From Octopus sinensis (lineage: Eukaryota), in NCBI RefSeq assembly GCF_006345805.1, contig NC_043000.1, positions 139,252,001 through 139,316,000 of the forward strand: a stretch of 64,000 nt of DNA. Direction: 5' to 3'. The notes under the pieces are model-generated. The model was not told the DNA's origin and searched no databases. It was given only the letters and a program-made list of their open reading frames with translations. Positions 25,995 through 40,849 of the stretch are shown piece after piece. The position numbers and the translations under genes are program-made. Positions within the stretch are counted from its first letter, which is position 1. Every line of letters starts with the position of its first letter.

Positions 25995-26400
25995 CATTCT
26001 ACTTGACCAGATCCCATTGGTACTCTTTTCAGCCGATTTTTCCATTGTTTCTAGGGTTCTGATTCTCTTTTACCAGAAATTGAGAGCTGTTTCCTAAGAT
26101 CATAGGAAGATTTACTCCCAAACCCTCCTAGCTTCAGCTTGGAAACCACATTCTCACAAGTTGTTGGCTCAATTGACATATTTTTTAGGATAATAGCTGA
26201 GGGTTTCATCCATTCTGCTTTCACATGGCAAAGTGAGTTCAACCAGAAACCCTTGCTCTGAATTGTGGAAGATTTTACCATTCTGGAAAGCCTGCTTAGT
26301 ACTCTCAATCATCCATCTATCCAAGTAATCCAGTTTCCATGATCTGATTGGCACAGCTTTTCAAAGCCACAATTTTTTCCTGTCACTATGCAAGAATATT
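25995..26400 (-). pseudogene. Hero/NeSL-like RLE non-LTR element C-terminal remnant
   Basis: Frame-broken LVELTLPCESRM..., GFGSKSSYDLRKQLSISG, MEKSAEKSTNGIWSSR resemble the ELTVPWE.R..., GF....Y.LL..LG..G, ..AE....W end of these elements. Confidence 0.45.
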
Positions 26401-26871
26401 GGCAGGGCTTTTGTAGGCATAAGTCTGATATATCAGAGGTTGAAAATATCTATAAATTATATACCATTTCATTAAGTTGTAGGTAGAAAAAATATGCAGA
26501 GGAAAGAATTTCCAAGAGTTATAAGAGAAAATACTTCATTCACAGGTTTCTGTACCTGAAATTGAGTGGAGGTAACTGAAGAATGTGTGACTAAAGAGTA
26601 AACATTTATTTGTAATCATATAGTTGGGGAATATTAATCTAATTCTTTCCAGTACACAAAGTGGTAATGGCCATAAACAGTCAAGGAAATGTAATAATAA
26701 ATGTATATAAAGATGGTATGAAGTCATCTATTTCTGTATGACATAGTTTTCAGCACATCTAATTGGTTTAAGTAAAGTTTATCTTTTGTAAGAGTGTTGG
26801 AAATTCCAAAACAGAAAATAAGATTGTATTATGAACTTAATCTCATTCTTTGCTTTAAGTAAATATGATAT

Positions 26872-28360
26872 CATCATCATCATCATCATCGTTTAGCGTC
26901 CGTTTTCCATGCTAGCATGGGTTGGACGGTTCTACTGGGGTCTGTGAAGCCAGAAGGCTTCATCAGGCCCAGTCAAATCTGGCAGTGTTTCTACGGCTGG
27001 ATGCCCTTCCTAACGCCAACCACTCCGTGAGTGTAGTGGTGCTTTTTACGTGCCACCACGCACTGGTGCCAGACAGAGCTGGCAAACGGCCACGAACGGA
27101 TGGTGCTTTTTATGTGCCACCGGCACGAGGGCCAGGCGAGGCTGGCAACGGACACGAAACGGGGCGGTGCTGGCAACGGTCGCGAAACGGAAAGTTCTCT
27201 TACATGCCACCGGCACTGGTACACATCTGCAATTTCCATTGATCGATTTCCATTGATCGATTTCGATTCTGATCGTCACTTGCCTCAACGGGTCTTCACA
27301 AGCAGAGTTTTGACATGCCACCGGCACTGGTAGCACATCCGCAATTTCCATTGATCGATTTCGATTCTGATCCTCACTTGCCTCATCACGTCTTCACAAG
27401 TAGAGTTTTGTGTCCCAAGAAGGGAAGGTATGCATACGTAGGCTGGCTCCATCCCATGTAGAAGGCCACGGGTTGTGGACTCACTTGTCCTGCTGGGTCT
27501 TCTCGCGCACAGCACACTTCCAGAGGTCTCGGTCTCTAGTCATTTCCTCAGTGAGACCTAAAGTTCGAAGGTCGTGCTTCACCACCTCGTCCCAGGTTTT
27601 CCTGGGTCTGCCTCTTCCACAGGTTCCCTCAACCGCTAGGGTGTGGCACTTTTTCACACAACTATCTTCATCCACTCTCGCCACATGACCATACCAGCGC
27701 AAACGTCTCTCTTGCACACCACAACTGATGCTTCTTAGGTCCAGCTTTTCTCTCAAGGTACTTACACTCTGCCGAGTGTGAGTACCGGCATTACACATCC
27801 ACCGGAGCATACTGGCTTCATTTCTAGCGAGCTTACGCATATCCTCAGCAGTCACGGCCCATGTTTCACTGCCATGTAGCATGGCTGTTCGTACACACGC
27901 ATCATACAGTCTGCCTTTCACTCTGTGCGAGAGGCCTTTTGTCACCAGCAGAGGTAAGAGCTCTCTGAACTTTGCCCAAGCTATTCTTTCTAGCAGTTAC
28001 ACTTTCAGCACACCCGCCCCCGCTGCTGACTTGGTCACCTAGGTAACGGAAACTATCACTATTTCTAGTTTTTCTCCCTGGAAAGTGACGGAAGTTGGTC
28101 TCAGAGCATTTTCAGTGTTTATTGTTCCTGAGCATCTGCCACATACAAAAACCATCTTCCTAGTTAGCCTTCCTTTGACATTGCTGCATCTCTTATGTGT
28201 CCATAGCTTGGTGCATCTTGGTGCATCTTATAGAGTTTCTACCTACACCTTTTCTACAGATCGAGCAGGGCCATCTACCTGAAGGTGTTTGTGATTTGTC
28301 TACCTTCCTACTGATTACGACTTTGGTTTTAGCTAGATTGACTCTGAGGCCCTTCGATTC
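26872..28360 (-). mobile_element. 5'-truncated RTE LINE (PHD region to 3' tail), sister subfamily of the 47-53 kb element
   Basis: ORFs 27481-27945 and 28193-28462 nearly identical in protein to 49278-50483; shorter modular 3' UTR; (GAT)n tail. Confidence 0.95.
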
Positions 28361-29391
28361 TAATATATATATATGTATCTTCAAATATATATGCATGTGA
28401 ACACACATGTGAACACACACACACACACACACATGCATGCATTTATACATACATAGACACATATATTAAAACTCATACAAGGCAAATTGTAGTATGTGTA
28501 CATATGTATATGTATATATATGTGTTTGTGTGTGTGTATGAGTGTGTTCAATATGAAAATATATATATATGTACATACATGTTTTATAAAAGTAATAAAT
28601 ATTCATAAGTATGCATATCTACTATATATAAATACATTTATACACATATATATGTGTGTGTGTGTATTTATATATATACAAGATGTGTTAACTTTTTGAG
28701 GACACCTTTTTCAAAAGCTCTAACTTTCTTCTAACTTGCATTTTTTGTATCTTACTTTCCAAACAAATAACGTCAGACGTCAGGGTGATTCAGCAAAGGA
28801 AAAAGCACACTGTAATCATTGCCTTAAATGCACAGCATTGTGATATAGAGAGAGAGAGCTCACTTCTTGAAAGTTGTTTGGTCTTTCATTGTTGAAGTTT
28901 GAAAGGAATTGGATGATGCTGATAGGGTTTCAGCATCTGTAGCTTAATCCAAAATACGTGCACATGGTTCTAATACCACCAGAGAACATAACTTTGCCCT
29001 GAAGTCCAAGAAATAATTAACAAAATCCCAAGAAAGACATTATTTACATTTGACGGATATTTGTCTCTCTCTCTCTCTCTCTCTCCCTCTCTCTTTCTGC
29101 ACCAGGAAATTTCAAGCAACACCAGGCAATTCTGTCTCAATTTTGATTTATATTTCGGTAGCAATCATGCGTCATTTTGTTTATATTTCACTCCTTCTTT
29201 ATTTTAGGTAACTCCTACCTTGGCCTATCCTCAACAGAACTACAATACTTTTGATCATATATAGGATCCTTCGTGGTCAACACAGGGCTAAACAAACACA
29301 ACAAAAGACATTACAAACTTCATTTTTTGGAAAACATTTTTAAAAAATGTAAAGATTAATTCATAGATATTTGGACAAAAATCGGCTGTAT

Positions 29392-29850
29392 ATCATCATC
29401 ATCATCATTTAACATTCGTTTTCCATGCTAGCATTGGCTGGATGGTTTGATCGGGGTCTGGGAAGCCAGGAGGCTGCGCCAAGCTCCAGTCTGATCTGGC
29501 AGTGTTTCTACAGCTGGATGCCCTTCCTAATGCCAACCACTCCGTGAGTGTAGTGGGTGCTTTTTACGTGCCACTGGCACAGGGGCCCAAGGAGGCTGGC
29601 AAAGATCCACGATCAATTTGGTGCTTTTTATGTGTCACCGACACGGACGCCAGTCAGGTGGCGCTGGCATCAGCCACGTTCGGATGGTGCTTTTTATATG
29701 CCACTGGCACAGGGGCCAGAGGAGGCTGGCAAACGGCCACGATCGGTTGGTGCTTTTTACGTGTCACTGACACGGACGCCAGTCAGGCGGCGCTGGCATC
29801 AGTCACGTTCAGATGGTGCTTTTTACGTGCCACCAGTATGGGTATCATAA
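29392..29850 (-). mobile_element. RTE 3' UTR fragment with five hairpin modules
   Basis: Repeated GGTGCTTTTTAYGTGYCACYRRCAC modules plus the family tail. Confidence 0.9.
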
Positions 29851-30813
29851 ATACAATTTCCATCTGATTTTTATTTTGATGTTGATGTTGATGTTGATGT
29901 ACTTCAACATCAAAATAAAAATCAAATGCAAATTGTAGTTATTAGTTTCGTAAATATTTCTAAAAGTTTTCCAATTCTTGAATACTGCTGAAGAATGACT
30001 GAGTGATGTGTGTGTGTATGCATGTGGTGTGTGTGTGCTTGTGCACATGTGTACATAGTGAATAATAAGGAATAACACATAAGGGATGAAGGAGATAAGA
30101 TACACTCTAATGTCATTACTGACAAAATGAAAACTCTGAAGAATAGAGACTAAGATATTGGAAAGCTTAACCACCTACCAAATAATATCTCAGCTTGTGT
30201 AGACATTCTGTATATAATAGAAGAATAATACCATCATGTATTAGAAGCTGCTTTAATTTTCATAAGGCAAAACTTCAAAACTTTACCAATACAAAATAAT
30301 TTATCCTCGAAAAAATATTTCAATCTGTATAATTACTACCACCAAATAACCATTTTAAAGTATGAGCACTACAAACTAAGTTTACTGAAATACCAAATTA
30401 TAAGATTTACACATATTACAAATGCTATGAAGTTTTCAGTTTCAATACAGATAACTTTATTCATGAAACAACTCCTAATCTTAGTTTCAATCTAACAGGA
30501 AATGTTTATCCAATTTTCTTTTTTGTATTGTGGAAACAATTATTGTAAAGAAATACAACTTTATTCAGTTTATTCAGTTATATATGCTGAATTTAAACTT
30601 AAATCCTATTTGAACATTTATTAGAAAATATCTCTTGAATAAAGAAAAGAAAAGAAATAAAAAGAACTGTTCTGTCTTGCTAATAACAATATAACGTTTC
30701 TAAATAGGGTGGTTGGCTGGAAAAACTAAGAGATCACTGAAATAACCGTTATATTATTTTCTCCTATGTCAAAAGTGAATGGAAGAGTCTGTAGAACCAC
30801 TGATTAAATCCAT

Positions 30814-30926
30814 GTAAGTCTAGTACTTATTGCATCGGTCTTTTTGGTCGAACTGCTAAGTTACGTGGACGTAAACACACCAACATCAGTTGTCACACGA
30901 TGGTGGCAAGACAAACACAGACATGC

Positions 30927-30961
<35 letters not shown>

Positions 30962-31125
30962 TATGATGTGTTTTTTTCAGTTTCCATCTACCAAATCCAC
31001 TCACAAGGCTTTGGTGGGCCTGAGGTTATAGTAGAAGACACTTGCCCAAGGTGCCATGCAGCAGGACTGAACCGCGAACCATGTGGCTAGTAAGCAAGCT
31101 ACTTACCACACACCCACTCCTGCAC
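30814..31125 (-). mobile_element. SINE family A
   Basis: Matches the family; 3' tail missing. Confidence 0.85.
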
Positions 31126-32172
31126 CATATCTATTTTGAGTTTAAATCTTCCTGAGAATATCTTTGTTCTTATTTCTTCTGGGACTGGTAAAATAAAATA
31201 TCATTCAGATACTATACACTTGATATAATCGATTATACCCTTCTAAATACTTGAAACAAAAATGCATTGGTACCTCTGTGTCAATATTAATTCTTTTTTT
31301 ACATAATTTATTGAATTATATTATTTTTCAGTACTTTAAATTATTTCTCCATGTCAAACTGCCTTTTATTTTTTCTGTCTAAATGCCTTATATTATTTTT
31401 GCACACACACACACACAAGCACACACACTTGTGTACATATGCAACAGGTTCATACAGTTTCTCACAACCAAATTCCAATATAAAGCATTTACTGACTTAG
31501 GGCTGTTGTAGGAGATACCTGCCCAAGGTACCACACAGTGGAACTGAACCTAAGCCTCATAGTTGAGAAACAAACTTATTAACCACAAATCCATTCATAA
31601 ACATGGAAAAAAACATACTTATAAATTGGAAAAAAGTGGAAAGAAACTTTAGAAATATTTATTTAAAACAAGATTAAAATGGAATTAAATTTTGCATACT
31701 GGCAATGATAAAACTGGCATGATATAATTTTCATAATCAGATTAATCAATTATTGGATAATTCTACAGCATAGAAGAAACTCAGAACACAAAAAAACTAA
31801 TTCAAATCTAAACTCTAGACTGACATGGACTTATTTAAATTGCATAATATGAAATTGAAATTAATAAACTTTAAAATGTATTATTTTAGCTGATATGAAA
31901 GAAAGTAACACAAATTAAGTAAAATTTGATGGTGAACACTAAATTATTTCTATGAAAATTTTATGGTTTTTGTATATGGAGAAAGAAGAGATTGTCTTCA
32001 TAGCACATTTACAAACCCTCTGAAATTGGTATTATCAGTGTAAGTGATGTTTTTCTTGAACTACTGCAGGTTGATACCTACATGAATAGGAATGGAATTC
32101 CAGAAAATTAATATTCTGTAGAAGAAGGACTGGATGAAGTGAGTAGTGTTAAGGTTGGAGATTATAAATACA

Positions 32173-32403
32173 TATTTCTTTAATACCCACATGGGGCTAA
32201 ACACAGAGAGGACAAACAAGGACAGACAAATGGATTAAGTCGATTATATCGACCCCAGTGCATAACTGGTACTTATTTAATTGACCCCGAAAGGATGAAA
32301 GGCAAAGTCGACCTCGGCGGGATTTGAACTCAGAATGTAGTGGCAGATGAAATATTGCTAAGCATTTCACCTGGCGTGCTAACGATTCTGCCAGCTCGCC
32401 GCC
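32173..32403 (-). mobile_element. SINE family B
   Basis: Reverse complement of the 21973-22202 type. Confidence 0.9.
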
Positions 32404-32616
32404 TTATATAAATACAATATGGGTGACAAGGAGAAATGGGTGAGTTTGCTACACCTTAGTGGGGCAATATAAGAACAGACAAGAGAAAACTATTGTAGTT
32501 ACAACAGAAACAGTAGAGCAAGGATGCAGCATTCTGTGAAATACATACAACTTAGAGCGCATGAGAGAGCAATTGCTTCTAATCTGTTCACTTGTTGGGG
32601 AATACAGTTAGAGATC

Positions 32617-33277
32617 TTTACTCTTTTACTCTTTTACTTGTTTCAGTCATTTGACTGTCGCAATGCTGGAGCACCGCCTTCAGCCGAGCAAATCGATCCC
32701 AGGACTTATTTTTTGGAAGCCCAGTACATATTCCATTGGTCTCTTTTGCCGAACCATTAAGTTACGAGGATGTAAACACACCACCATCAGTTGTCAAGCG
32801 AAGTTGGGGGGGGGGACAAACAGAGGCACACAAACAGACACACACACATACATATATATATGTTTCTTTATTGCCCACAAGGGGCTAAACACAGAGAGGA
32901 CAAACAAGGACAGACAAATGGATTAAGTCGATTATAATCGATTCCAGTACGTAACTGGTACTTAATTTATCGACCCCGAAAGGATGAAAGACAAAGTCGA
33001 CCGTGGCGGAATTTGAACTCAGAACGCAATGACAGACGCAATACCGCTAAGCATTTTGCCCGGTGTGCTAACGTTTCTGCCAGCTCGCTGCCATTACATA
33101 TATATATTTATATATATGACGGGCTTCTTCCAGTTTCCATCTACCAAATCCACTCACAAGGATTTGGTCACCCTGAGGCTATAGTAGAAGACACTTGCCC
33201 AAGGTGCCACACAGTGGGAATGAACCCGGAACCATGTGGTTGGTAAGCAAGCCACTTACCACACAGCCACTCCTGCA
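32617..33277 (-). mobile_element. SINE family A with a nested family B copy
   Basis: Family B at 32861-33092 sits inside the internal microsatellite. Confidence 0.9.
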
Positions 33278-34944
33278 TATGTAGCAGGAACATCTCAGAT
33301 GTGGAAGCTGCATTGCATTATGAGTCTTATTCCTCCTTTGTAGGGGCTGAAGTATATATTCTGGATGTACAGAAGATGGCTAGGATTTTTAGGGGTAAGT
33401 TTATGATATTTTGCAGAAATTATATGCAGTTAGATTTTTAAGCTCTACGAAAAAAAGAAAGAAAAAATAGATAACTTAATAACTATTTTGTAATAAACAA
33501 AAATACTGTGACCTGGAATGGGAACAAAGTTAAGTAAATTATCAAAATTCAGTTGTTAAATTATTGAAGATATATGCCAATGTTATCTCAGGTTATGACA
33601 ATATTAATTCTCTAAGTACGCAGGGCCAAATGCTAAGTAGAAAATATTATCTAAACAACCTATGACATCAGGATTAGTAGAGGCTGCTGACAGAGCTGCT
33701 TTTTATATTTTCCTATTTTTTAGAAGAAATTTTATTTCTTTTTAAAAGCATTTTCAACTGCAATCTGTTTTTCTTTGTTGGTCAGTCAAAGGGAAGCACG
33801 TGGCCTTGACAGTAGGGTGGTGAGCTTCCAAACATAAAAATCATAGGTTTGATTCTTGGATAAAGCAATCCAGGAATCAACAGCATGACCTTAAGATCAT
33901 GTTCTATCCTTCAGCAATATACTTCATTTCTTGTTTTTCTAGTTTCTTCAATTGAAACTAAGTGCAAACCAAATGCTGGTACAGGTTTCTTCCCCTATCT
34001 GTTAAATCTTGGATGTTCCATTTGATACCAAGAATGGGGAAGGAATAGAGAATGTCAGAAACCATCAGCAAAACTATAGCACATGTTACCAAGTTATTAT
34101 CTCTTGCAGGTGATGGTTATAGTTAATGAGTCATCTAATAAGATAACCATCTATAATTAATTGGTCTTCTTATAAATGTCATGAACTATATTCTCAAATA
34201 TTATAAGAAACTTTGAGGCTTTTGAGAGGAAGTTAACTTCAAAAAAATAAATCCTGCCAAAATTGTTGCAAAAGAGTGATGTCTACAAAAGTTACCCAAG
34301 GGTCATTGAGTTATCCAGGTAATGGATGAAGTTTACCATCTTCCCACCATCAAAATAATTTTAAAAATTAGATCCTTCTATCTGCAACAGGTATCATATA
34401 AATGTGCAGTTCAATGAAAAACAATAAGAATATTGTTTAACTGTTGTGTGTGTGTGTGTGTGTATGTGTGTACACACACACACATACATGTGTTTTGATT
34501 CTTAAATATTCCTAAAGACAAAAATTACTGAGTTTAAATACCCCCAATGACAAAACTTGTGTTGGGATAGGTTCTCATATCTGGTAAGAAATTATTATTA
34601 AATACATAATATTGTGAAACCTCATTGAATTTTGAGTGCTTGAAGCCAACTATGTAAGACTCTAATCAGAAACTGTTGAAGTATAAAGAATCTGCAAAAG
34701 CAGATTCTTCTGAAATAATGCTCATTTGGTGCTTTTATGTATTTGAATTCTTCTAACTACTTTTAAAAAGAAAAATAAATGACACTGGATAATGTATGCC
34801 AACGTAGGAAGCTTTTGTTTCACTGACTTTCATTCACTTACTGGATCAGGCTTAGCTGGTCTAAAGTAAAAAACTAAGCTATAGTAATATCTATAAGTGA
34901 TCGATGTCTACAATATACTGTGTTTTAATATGATATAAATCATT

Positions 34945-35105
34945 AAAGTGTGAGCTAGTAGAATCGTAAGCATGCTGGGCAAAATGCTTTGTGGCATTTT
35001 ATCTGTCTTTACATTCTGAGCTCAAATTCTACCAAAGTCAACTTTGCCTTTCATACTTTCAGTGTCAATAAAGTGCCAATGAGTACTGGGGTCATTGCAA
35101 TCAAC
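34945..35105 (+). mobile_element. Degenerate SINE family B, cut at the RTE tail
   Basis: gtgagctagtagaatcg...tgagctcaaattc...gtcaactttgcc. Confidence 0.7.
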
Positions 35106-35560
35106 TTCATCATCATCGTCATTGTTTAACGTCCGCTTTCCATGCTAGCATGGGTTGGGCGATTTGACTGAGGACTGGCGAACCAGATGGCTGCACCAGA
35201 CTCCAGTCTGATCTGGCAGAGTTTCTACAGCTGGATGCTCTTCCTAACACCAACCACTCCGAGAGGATAGTGAGAGCTTTTACGTGCCACCGGCACGAGG
35301 GCCAGTCAGGTGGTACTGGGAACAGCCATGCTCAAATGGTATTTTTTATGTGCCACCTGCACAGGAGCCAGTCAAGGCGGCACTGGCAACAACCTTGCTC
35401 GAATGTTTTTTCAGGTGCCACCAGCACAAGTGCTAGTAAGGCGACACAGGTAACGCAGGTATTTTTAATGTGCCATCGGCACATAGGCCAGCTTGTTGCT
35501 CTGGTAGCGATCTTACTTGTATGGTACTCATCGCAATTCACTAGCACGGATGCCAGTCAT
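35105..35560 (-). mobile_element. RTE 3' UTR fragment
   Basis: (CAT)n tail, CCATGCTAGCATGG, about four hairpin modules. Confidence 0.85.
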
Positions 35561-37035
35561 CGAATTTGCTTTAGCTGGCCTAGTTCTAAAATTTGAAACC
35601 AGTTTAATGTCAATCATTTCCATGAACCATGTAAATAATAATTTTATGAAATTGATTAACAAGTAGTTCTGAATAACCTTGCTTGTGTTATTACAATAGA
35701 AAGGAAAGGTTGTCTATTCATTCTCATGAAGTCATTTGAGCTTGAATTATTCAAAATAAGCCTCCAAACAACTTCATTGTTGCTGGTTCTTCAGTGTTAA
35801 GTTTAATCATATCATGCTGCTTTCTTGAATGAACAAGCAAAATTAGCTTGGACAACAACAATGAACCAAGGAAAAAAATTTTCTACCATAGTTGAACAGC
35901 ATGTTAAGAATAGTATTTCCCTTAAATCAAATCATACCATTTTAAAACTAAAATGAAAAAAAAAAAATAAAATAAAGGAAGGGCACATTAGATAAGGTCG
36001 TAGATACTCTATATCTGGAAAAAGATAAAACAGTCATAATTTAAATGACTGACCATTAGTCAGTTTGGCCTGGGGTTAAACAACAGCAACGAAAATAATA
36101 ACAGCAACCACAATACTTTGTGCTGCTCTAAGATTGTTCTGGATCAAATAACATGTAGCAAAGTGAAAGACCTTTACCCTACCCTTGAGTAATAGGAGTG
36201 CCATGGATATATTTTCCCTAACAATGCATGCAGGATTTAGTAAAGTAATTTTGCTTTGTAACACAAAAAGTTTGATAAAATAAATATATAAAATATATAT
36301 ATAAAAAAGGTAAAAGTCCTTATCAACAATTAATGCTGCCAGGTAATGTACTATAAAAATCTATTCCACTAGTTTCTAAATTTAATACAAACTGAATGTG
36401 CTTTAATCAATTTATTAACTTGATTTAGGTAATTTAGGGTCCTTCAGGATAATAATAGAGTTATAGATTATGAAGAAGCATTCTATTTCTATTGTCAACA
36501 TTTAGCCTGAATCTACTTAAGTAAAAATAAAAATAAAGTTTAGGAAAAGGTCAAACCTTAATGTCAGTTAAGAGAAACATACCTGAACTAAAAAGTCTTC
36601 CATTTATACCTCTGAGAAATCGAAGCTCAATCAATAAGGTATAGCATCCTATGCTCATGGCTCTATTTCCTGGTTATTGTCTGAGGAATTCTGGCAGAGT
36701 ATTATCATCTAAACCCCAAAGAATATTAGTGCAGTGATTGTATCTTGCCAGATTAGTCGGTTCCAAAACCTGATGGTCTCTGGCTAAATTCGTCAATAGT
36801 ATCTAATTTACTACTGCTGTACTGCACAATCCCATAGATATCTTACATAACTATCCAGACAATATTCTTCTTTAACTAACATCGTAATTAGATCAATATA
36901 TTTTCCTCTGTAAAAGTATTTACTATTCATTTGCATTATTTTGGCTTCACTGTCTCTCAGTCCATCTCACTATATGTGTATGTGCTTGTGTATGAGTGAG
37001 TGAGTGTGTATCTGTGTATGTATGTGTGTGTGTAC

Positions 37036-37089
<54 letters not shown>

Positions 37090-38351
37090 GTATATGTATA
37101 TACATGTATATATATTTGTGTGTTTGTGTGTGTGTATATATATATATATACATGCAGACACACACACAAATATATATACAAACACATATATATATACACG
37201 TATACATTATATATATATATATATTTTTTTTTATATAATGTATATGTGTGTATATATATGTGTTTGTATATATATTTGTGTGTGTGTGTATGTACATTTA
37301 CTCATACACTCACATACGCATTCTTTTTTATTAACCAAGTTAAACAAGTGGATATTGAAGTGTTTACATTCTCTAACAATCTGTTTGGTTAAGTTTGATG
37401 TGCTATACGTTTTACATGAAGCCACTTTCAGAGTAATTGAGATAGGGGTGCCAGAGTTTATGTGTTACTGAGTAACTGAATACTGGAAACGAAAAAAGTG
37501 ATTTTATTTCACTTGTGTAGTCTTGAGAAAAATTTCAAAAACTAAATCCAAAGTTCCTGCCAATTTATAATCAGGAGTGTCACTTTGAGTAATATTTAAT
37601 CTCAATGAATTCTTGCTCCAAGTATTTTAAGTAAGATGTTATATGTAGCTTCCTAAAGATTAAAGTATTTCACTAGAAACAAATGTGATACTGACTTCAA
37701 TGTTAGTATCTATTAGTTAACTGAAATATATATATATATATATAATTTTGGCTTTTTATTTCGAAATTTAAAAAGACATTAAGTTACTAGTAAGGTATAT
37801 TAGTGTAATATATCTGGTATATTTTATTATTTTTATTTTTATTTGTTCCATCATTTAAACTATGGCAATTCTGGGCACCAACTTGACAGTTTTAACCATT
37901 ATATTGACTTTGTTAGTTATTTTAAAGTCTGATGATTATTTTAGATCACAGCTACATTTTGGCACATAAACACAGACACATATTAGCAAACATGCAGAAC
38001 AATCACATACCCACCATCACACACACATACATATAGTTTATTAATATTTAACAGAAGCAGCAGAGTGTCTGCAAAGCTAAAACTTTTGTGCATTGGCACT
38101 TATCAAACAGCTGGCCTGCTGGCCTGATGATTCACTTACACTGCTTAAAGTAAAAACATATATATGTAGGGTGGTGTATATAAGCATGTATGTATGTGCA
38201 TTTGTATTCATATTATATAAATATAGCTATAAAAGTAGGCTTCCACACAGTGGAACTGTACCTGAGACCACATAGTTATGAACAAACTTTTTAATTACGC
38301 TGCCATGCAGGTTCCTTAACTTTTACACAGGTAATATTCTCTCTCTCTCTC

Positions 38352-38744
38352 TTTTACTCTTTTACTTGTTTCAGTCATTTCACTGCGGCCATGCTGGAGC
38401 ACCACCTTTAGTCGAGCAAATCTTTGTAAGCCAGTACTTATTCTATCGGTCTCTTGTGCCGAACCGCTAAGTGACGGGACGTAACACACCAGCATCGGTT
38501 GTCAAGCAATGCTAGGGGGACAAACACAGACAAACAAAAACATATACAACACACACTTATATATATAACATATATACGACAGGGTCTTTGAGTTTCCGTC
38601 ACCAAATCCACTCACAAGGCATTGGTCGGCCGGGGCTATAGCAGAAGACACTTGCCAAGATGCCACGCAGTGGGACTGAACCCGGAACCAGTGGTTGGTT
38701 AGCAAGCTACTTACCACACAGCCACACACAGCCACTCCTACGCC
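38352..38744 (-). mobile_element. SINE family A, many 1-bp deletions
   Basis: Complete copy with shortened runs. Confidence 0.85.
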
Positions 38745-39479
38745 TATATGTTTGTTTTCAAATTGTCTATGGTATCAAAAGTGCATTTAATGGTGATTTT
38801 ACAGGCTTAACTTTGCTTATTTTTTCTTTGTGTTATGCTAGTTTACATAGTTATATGTGGCCAAGCTGGGGCACTGTTCAGGGGATTTTAGTTGACTATA
38901 TCAACACCGTTACTCTGTCAGGTACTAGATTTTGTCAGCTTTTAAGAAATAGAAGTTAAGTCAATATTTGCATAAAAGAACGTAATTCACACACACACAC
39001 ACACACTCTCTCTCTCACACATACATACACACACACACGTATGCCTGCACGCACACACACACACACACACACAAATGTATATATATATATGTATACAGGG
39101 TGCCAGAGGTATATGAAGACTTGAAGACAATTATCTCTGTTCTGTTTTCTTCCAACCAATTAAAAATGTTTTTTTATTTCCTTCTGATTACCAAATCAGA
39201 TAAAATGCTAACACAATAAATGGAAAGACATGCAGTCATTGTTGCCACATGAGCACAACAGAATGATTCAGAAAGCGACAGCTTTCTAAATGTTGCATGA
39301 TCTTTTGTACATAAAGTTCAGATGGAACTGAAAGCTTCTGGTGAAAATGTCTCAGCTGTATCAAAGAGAAAAGAACATGTTAAATGTTCACAAATACCCT
39401 AAGGATTCAATTATTCATTCAATAGGATCAAAACATTTTTAATACTTAATGAGAGACAGGTGAATATAAAGAAAAAAAA

Positions 39480-40830
39480 AGGAGTAAAAAAGACAGAAGA
39501 AAAATGAAATGGAAAAAAGATGAACAGGCAATTTGTGAGAGACGTGAGCAGGAAAACAGATGCTGATGAAAGGTAGTATTGAGTAAGGAAGAATGATTTG
39601 AAGTTAGACACAGAAAGACTTATCTGTGCTGCTCAGGAATGAGTGCTTATGACAAATTATACCTCATGCAATGCTGACAATACAGTAGAATGTGACATGT
39701 GAAAAGTAAGCAATGATAACGGTGTAACTGCATGGAGTATTGTGATTCTATACAAAAAGCAGACCAAAAATGATTACAAAAGAAGAAGTGGTTGTGTTGA
39801 AAGAATGATTCATTTGGAGCTGACTGGCAGGCATGGATTTGATTGAGCAAAGATGTGGTATAGGCAAACCCCAAAAGGAGCACTTAAGAATGATGACAAG
39901 GTAAAGATGCTATGGGAGATAATGATTTGGTGTGATCAGGAAAGCTGGTGTAATCATGAAAGTTGTAAATAAAAGAGAAAACTTGTTTAATCATAGATAT
40001 TGCATGCCCTATGATTGAAAAAGGTGAAGAAGATCTTTTAAGATGATTTAAAGTAAAACTGTGGTTTATGAATAAGACGAGTGTCATATCTGTCATTGTT
40101 GTAGCCTTGGGTACAATAAATATGAAACTCACAAACTGGAGGGGAAGATTTAGACAAATATGATGATAGAAAATCTGCTGGAAACAGTGTTGCTTGAAAC
40201 TCTATGAATACTCTGCCGAGTTTCCTAAATCAGAATTGAACGTGTTACCTTAGTCCACTGGCTGTAGGAAGATGACAGTGGAAAGATATTCAGCAAAGTT
40301 ACTATGCTAAACAAGAGTACACAAATCACAGAGTGTGGCAGGATTGGAGACCTGAAAAATCCAGTGGGATTTCCCACTCCAAGCAGATCAGGTGCTAGAG
40401 CATAACAGACCTGATCTAGTGGTGGGGGACAAGATGCACCACGTGTGCTATATAGTTGATGTTGTGTTCCCCTCTGACCCACGAATAGTCAGAAGGAAGG
40501 CAAAAAGCTAGATATATATCACACAATACTCTTAAGTTTGAAGGAGTATGGCTATAGAAAATGAAGAATGTGAAGATAGTACCAATTATTGTTGGGTCCT
40601 TGGGGACAGTATCAGAAGGCATCAAGAAGAATATAAAGGAAAATAGAACAGAGTGCCCAGTAGAACCGTTACAAAAGGTTTGCCTCCTTAGTACAGCCAG
40701 AATAATCAGAAAAGTATGAGATAGTTGAAAAGAACATGTAGCATGGTATTGTAGGCTACATGGCAGCAAGCCCGTTTTGTATGCAACAGTCCAGGAGTTA
40801 CAACAAAACCTGAGTACAAAGAATAACAGC
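39480..40830 (+). pseudogene. Decayed R4/Dong-like non-LTR element (CCHC and RLE region)
   Basis: Frame-broken DLKLDTERLICAAQE and VKIVPIIVGSLGTV...LQKVCLLSTARIIRKV. Confidence 0.7.
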
Positions 40831-40849
40831 AGCAGCAACAACAGCAAGT

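Noticed and set aside
25876-33396. Isolated plus-strand exon candidates (~25876-25958, ~33299-33394)
   Set aside because: Short open frames with GT/AG arise by chance at this AT content; no phase-consistent chain was found.
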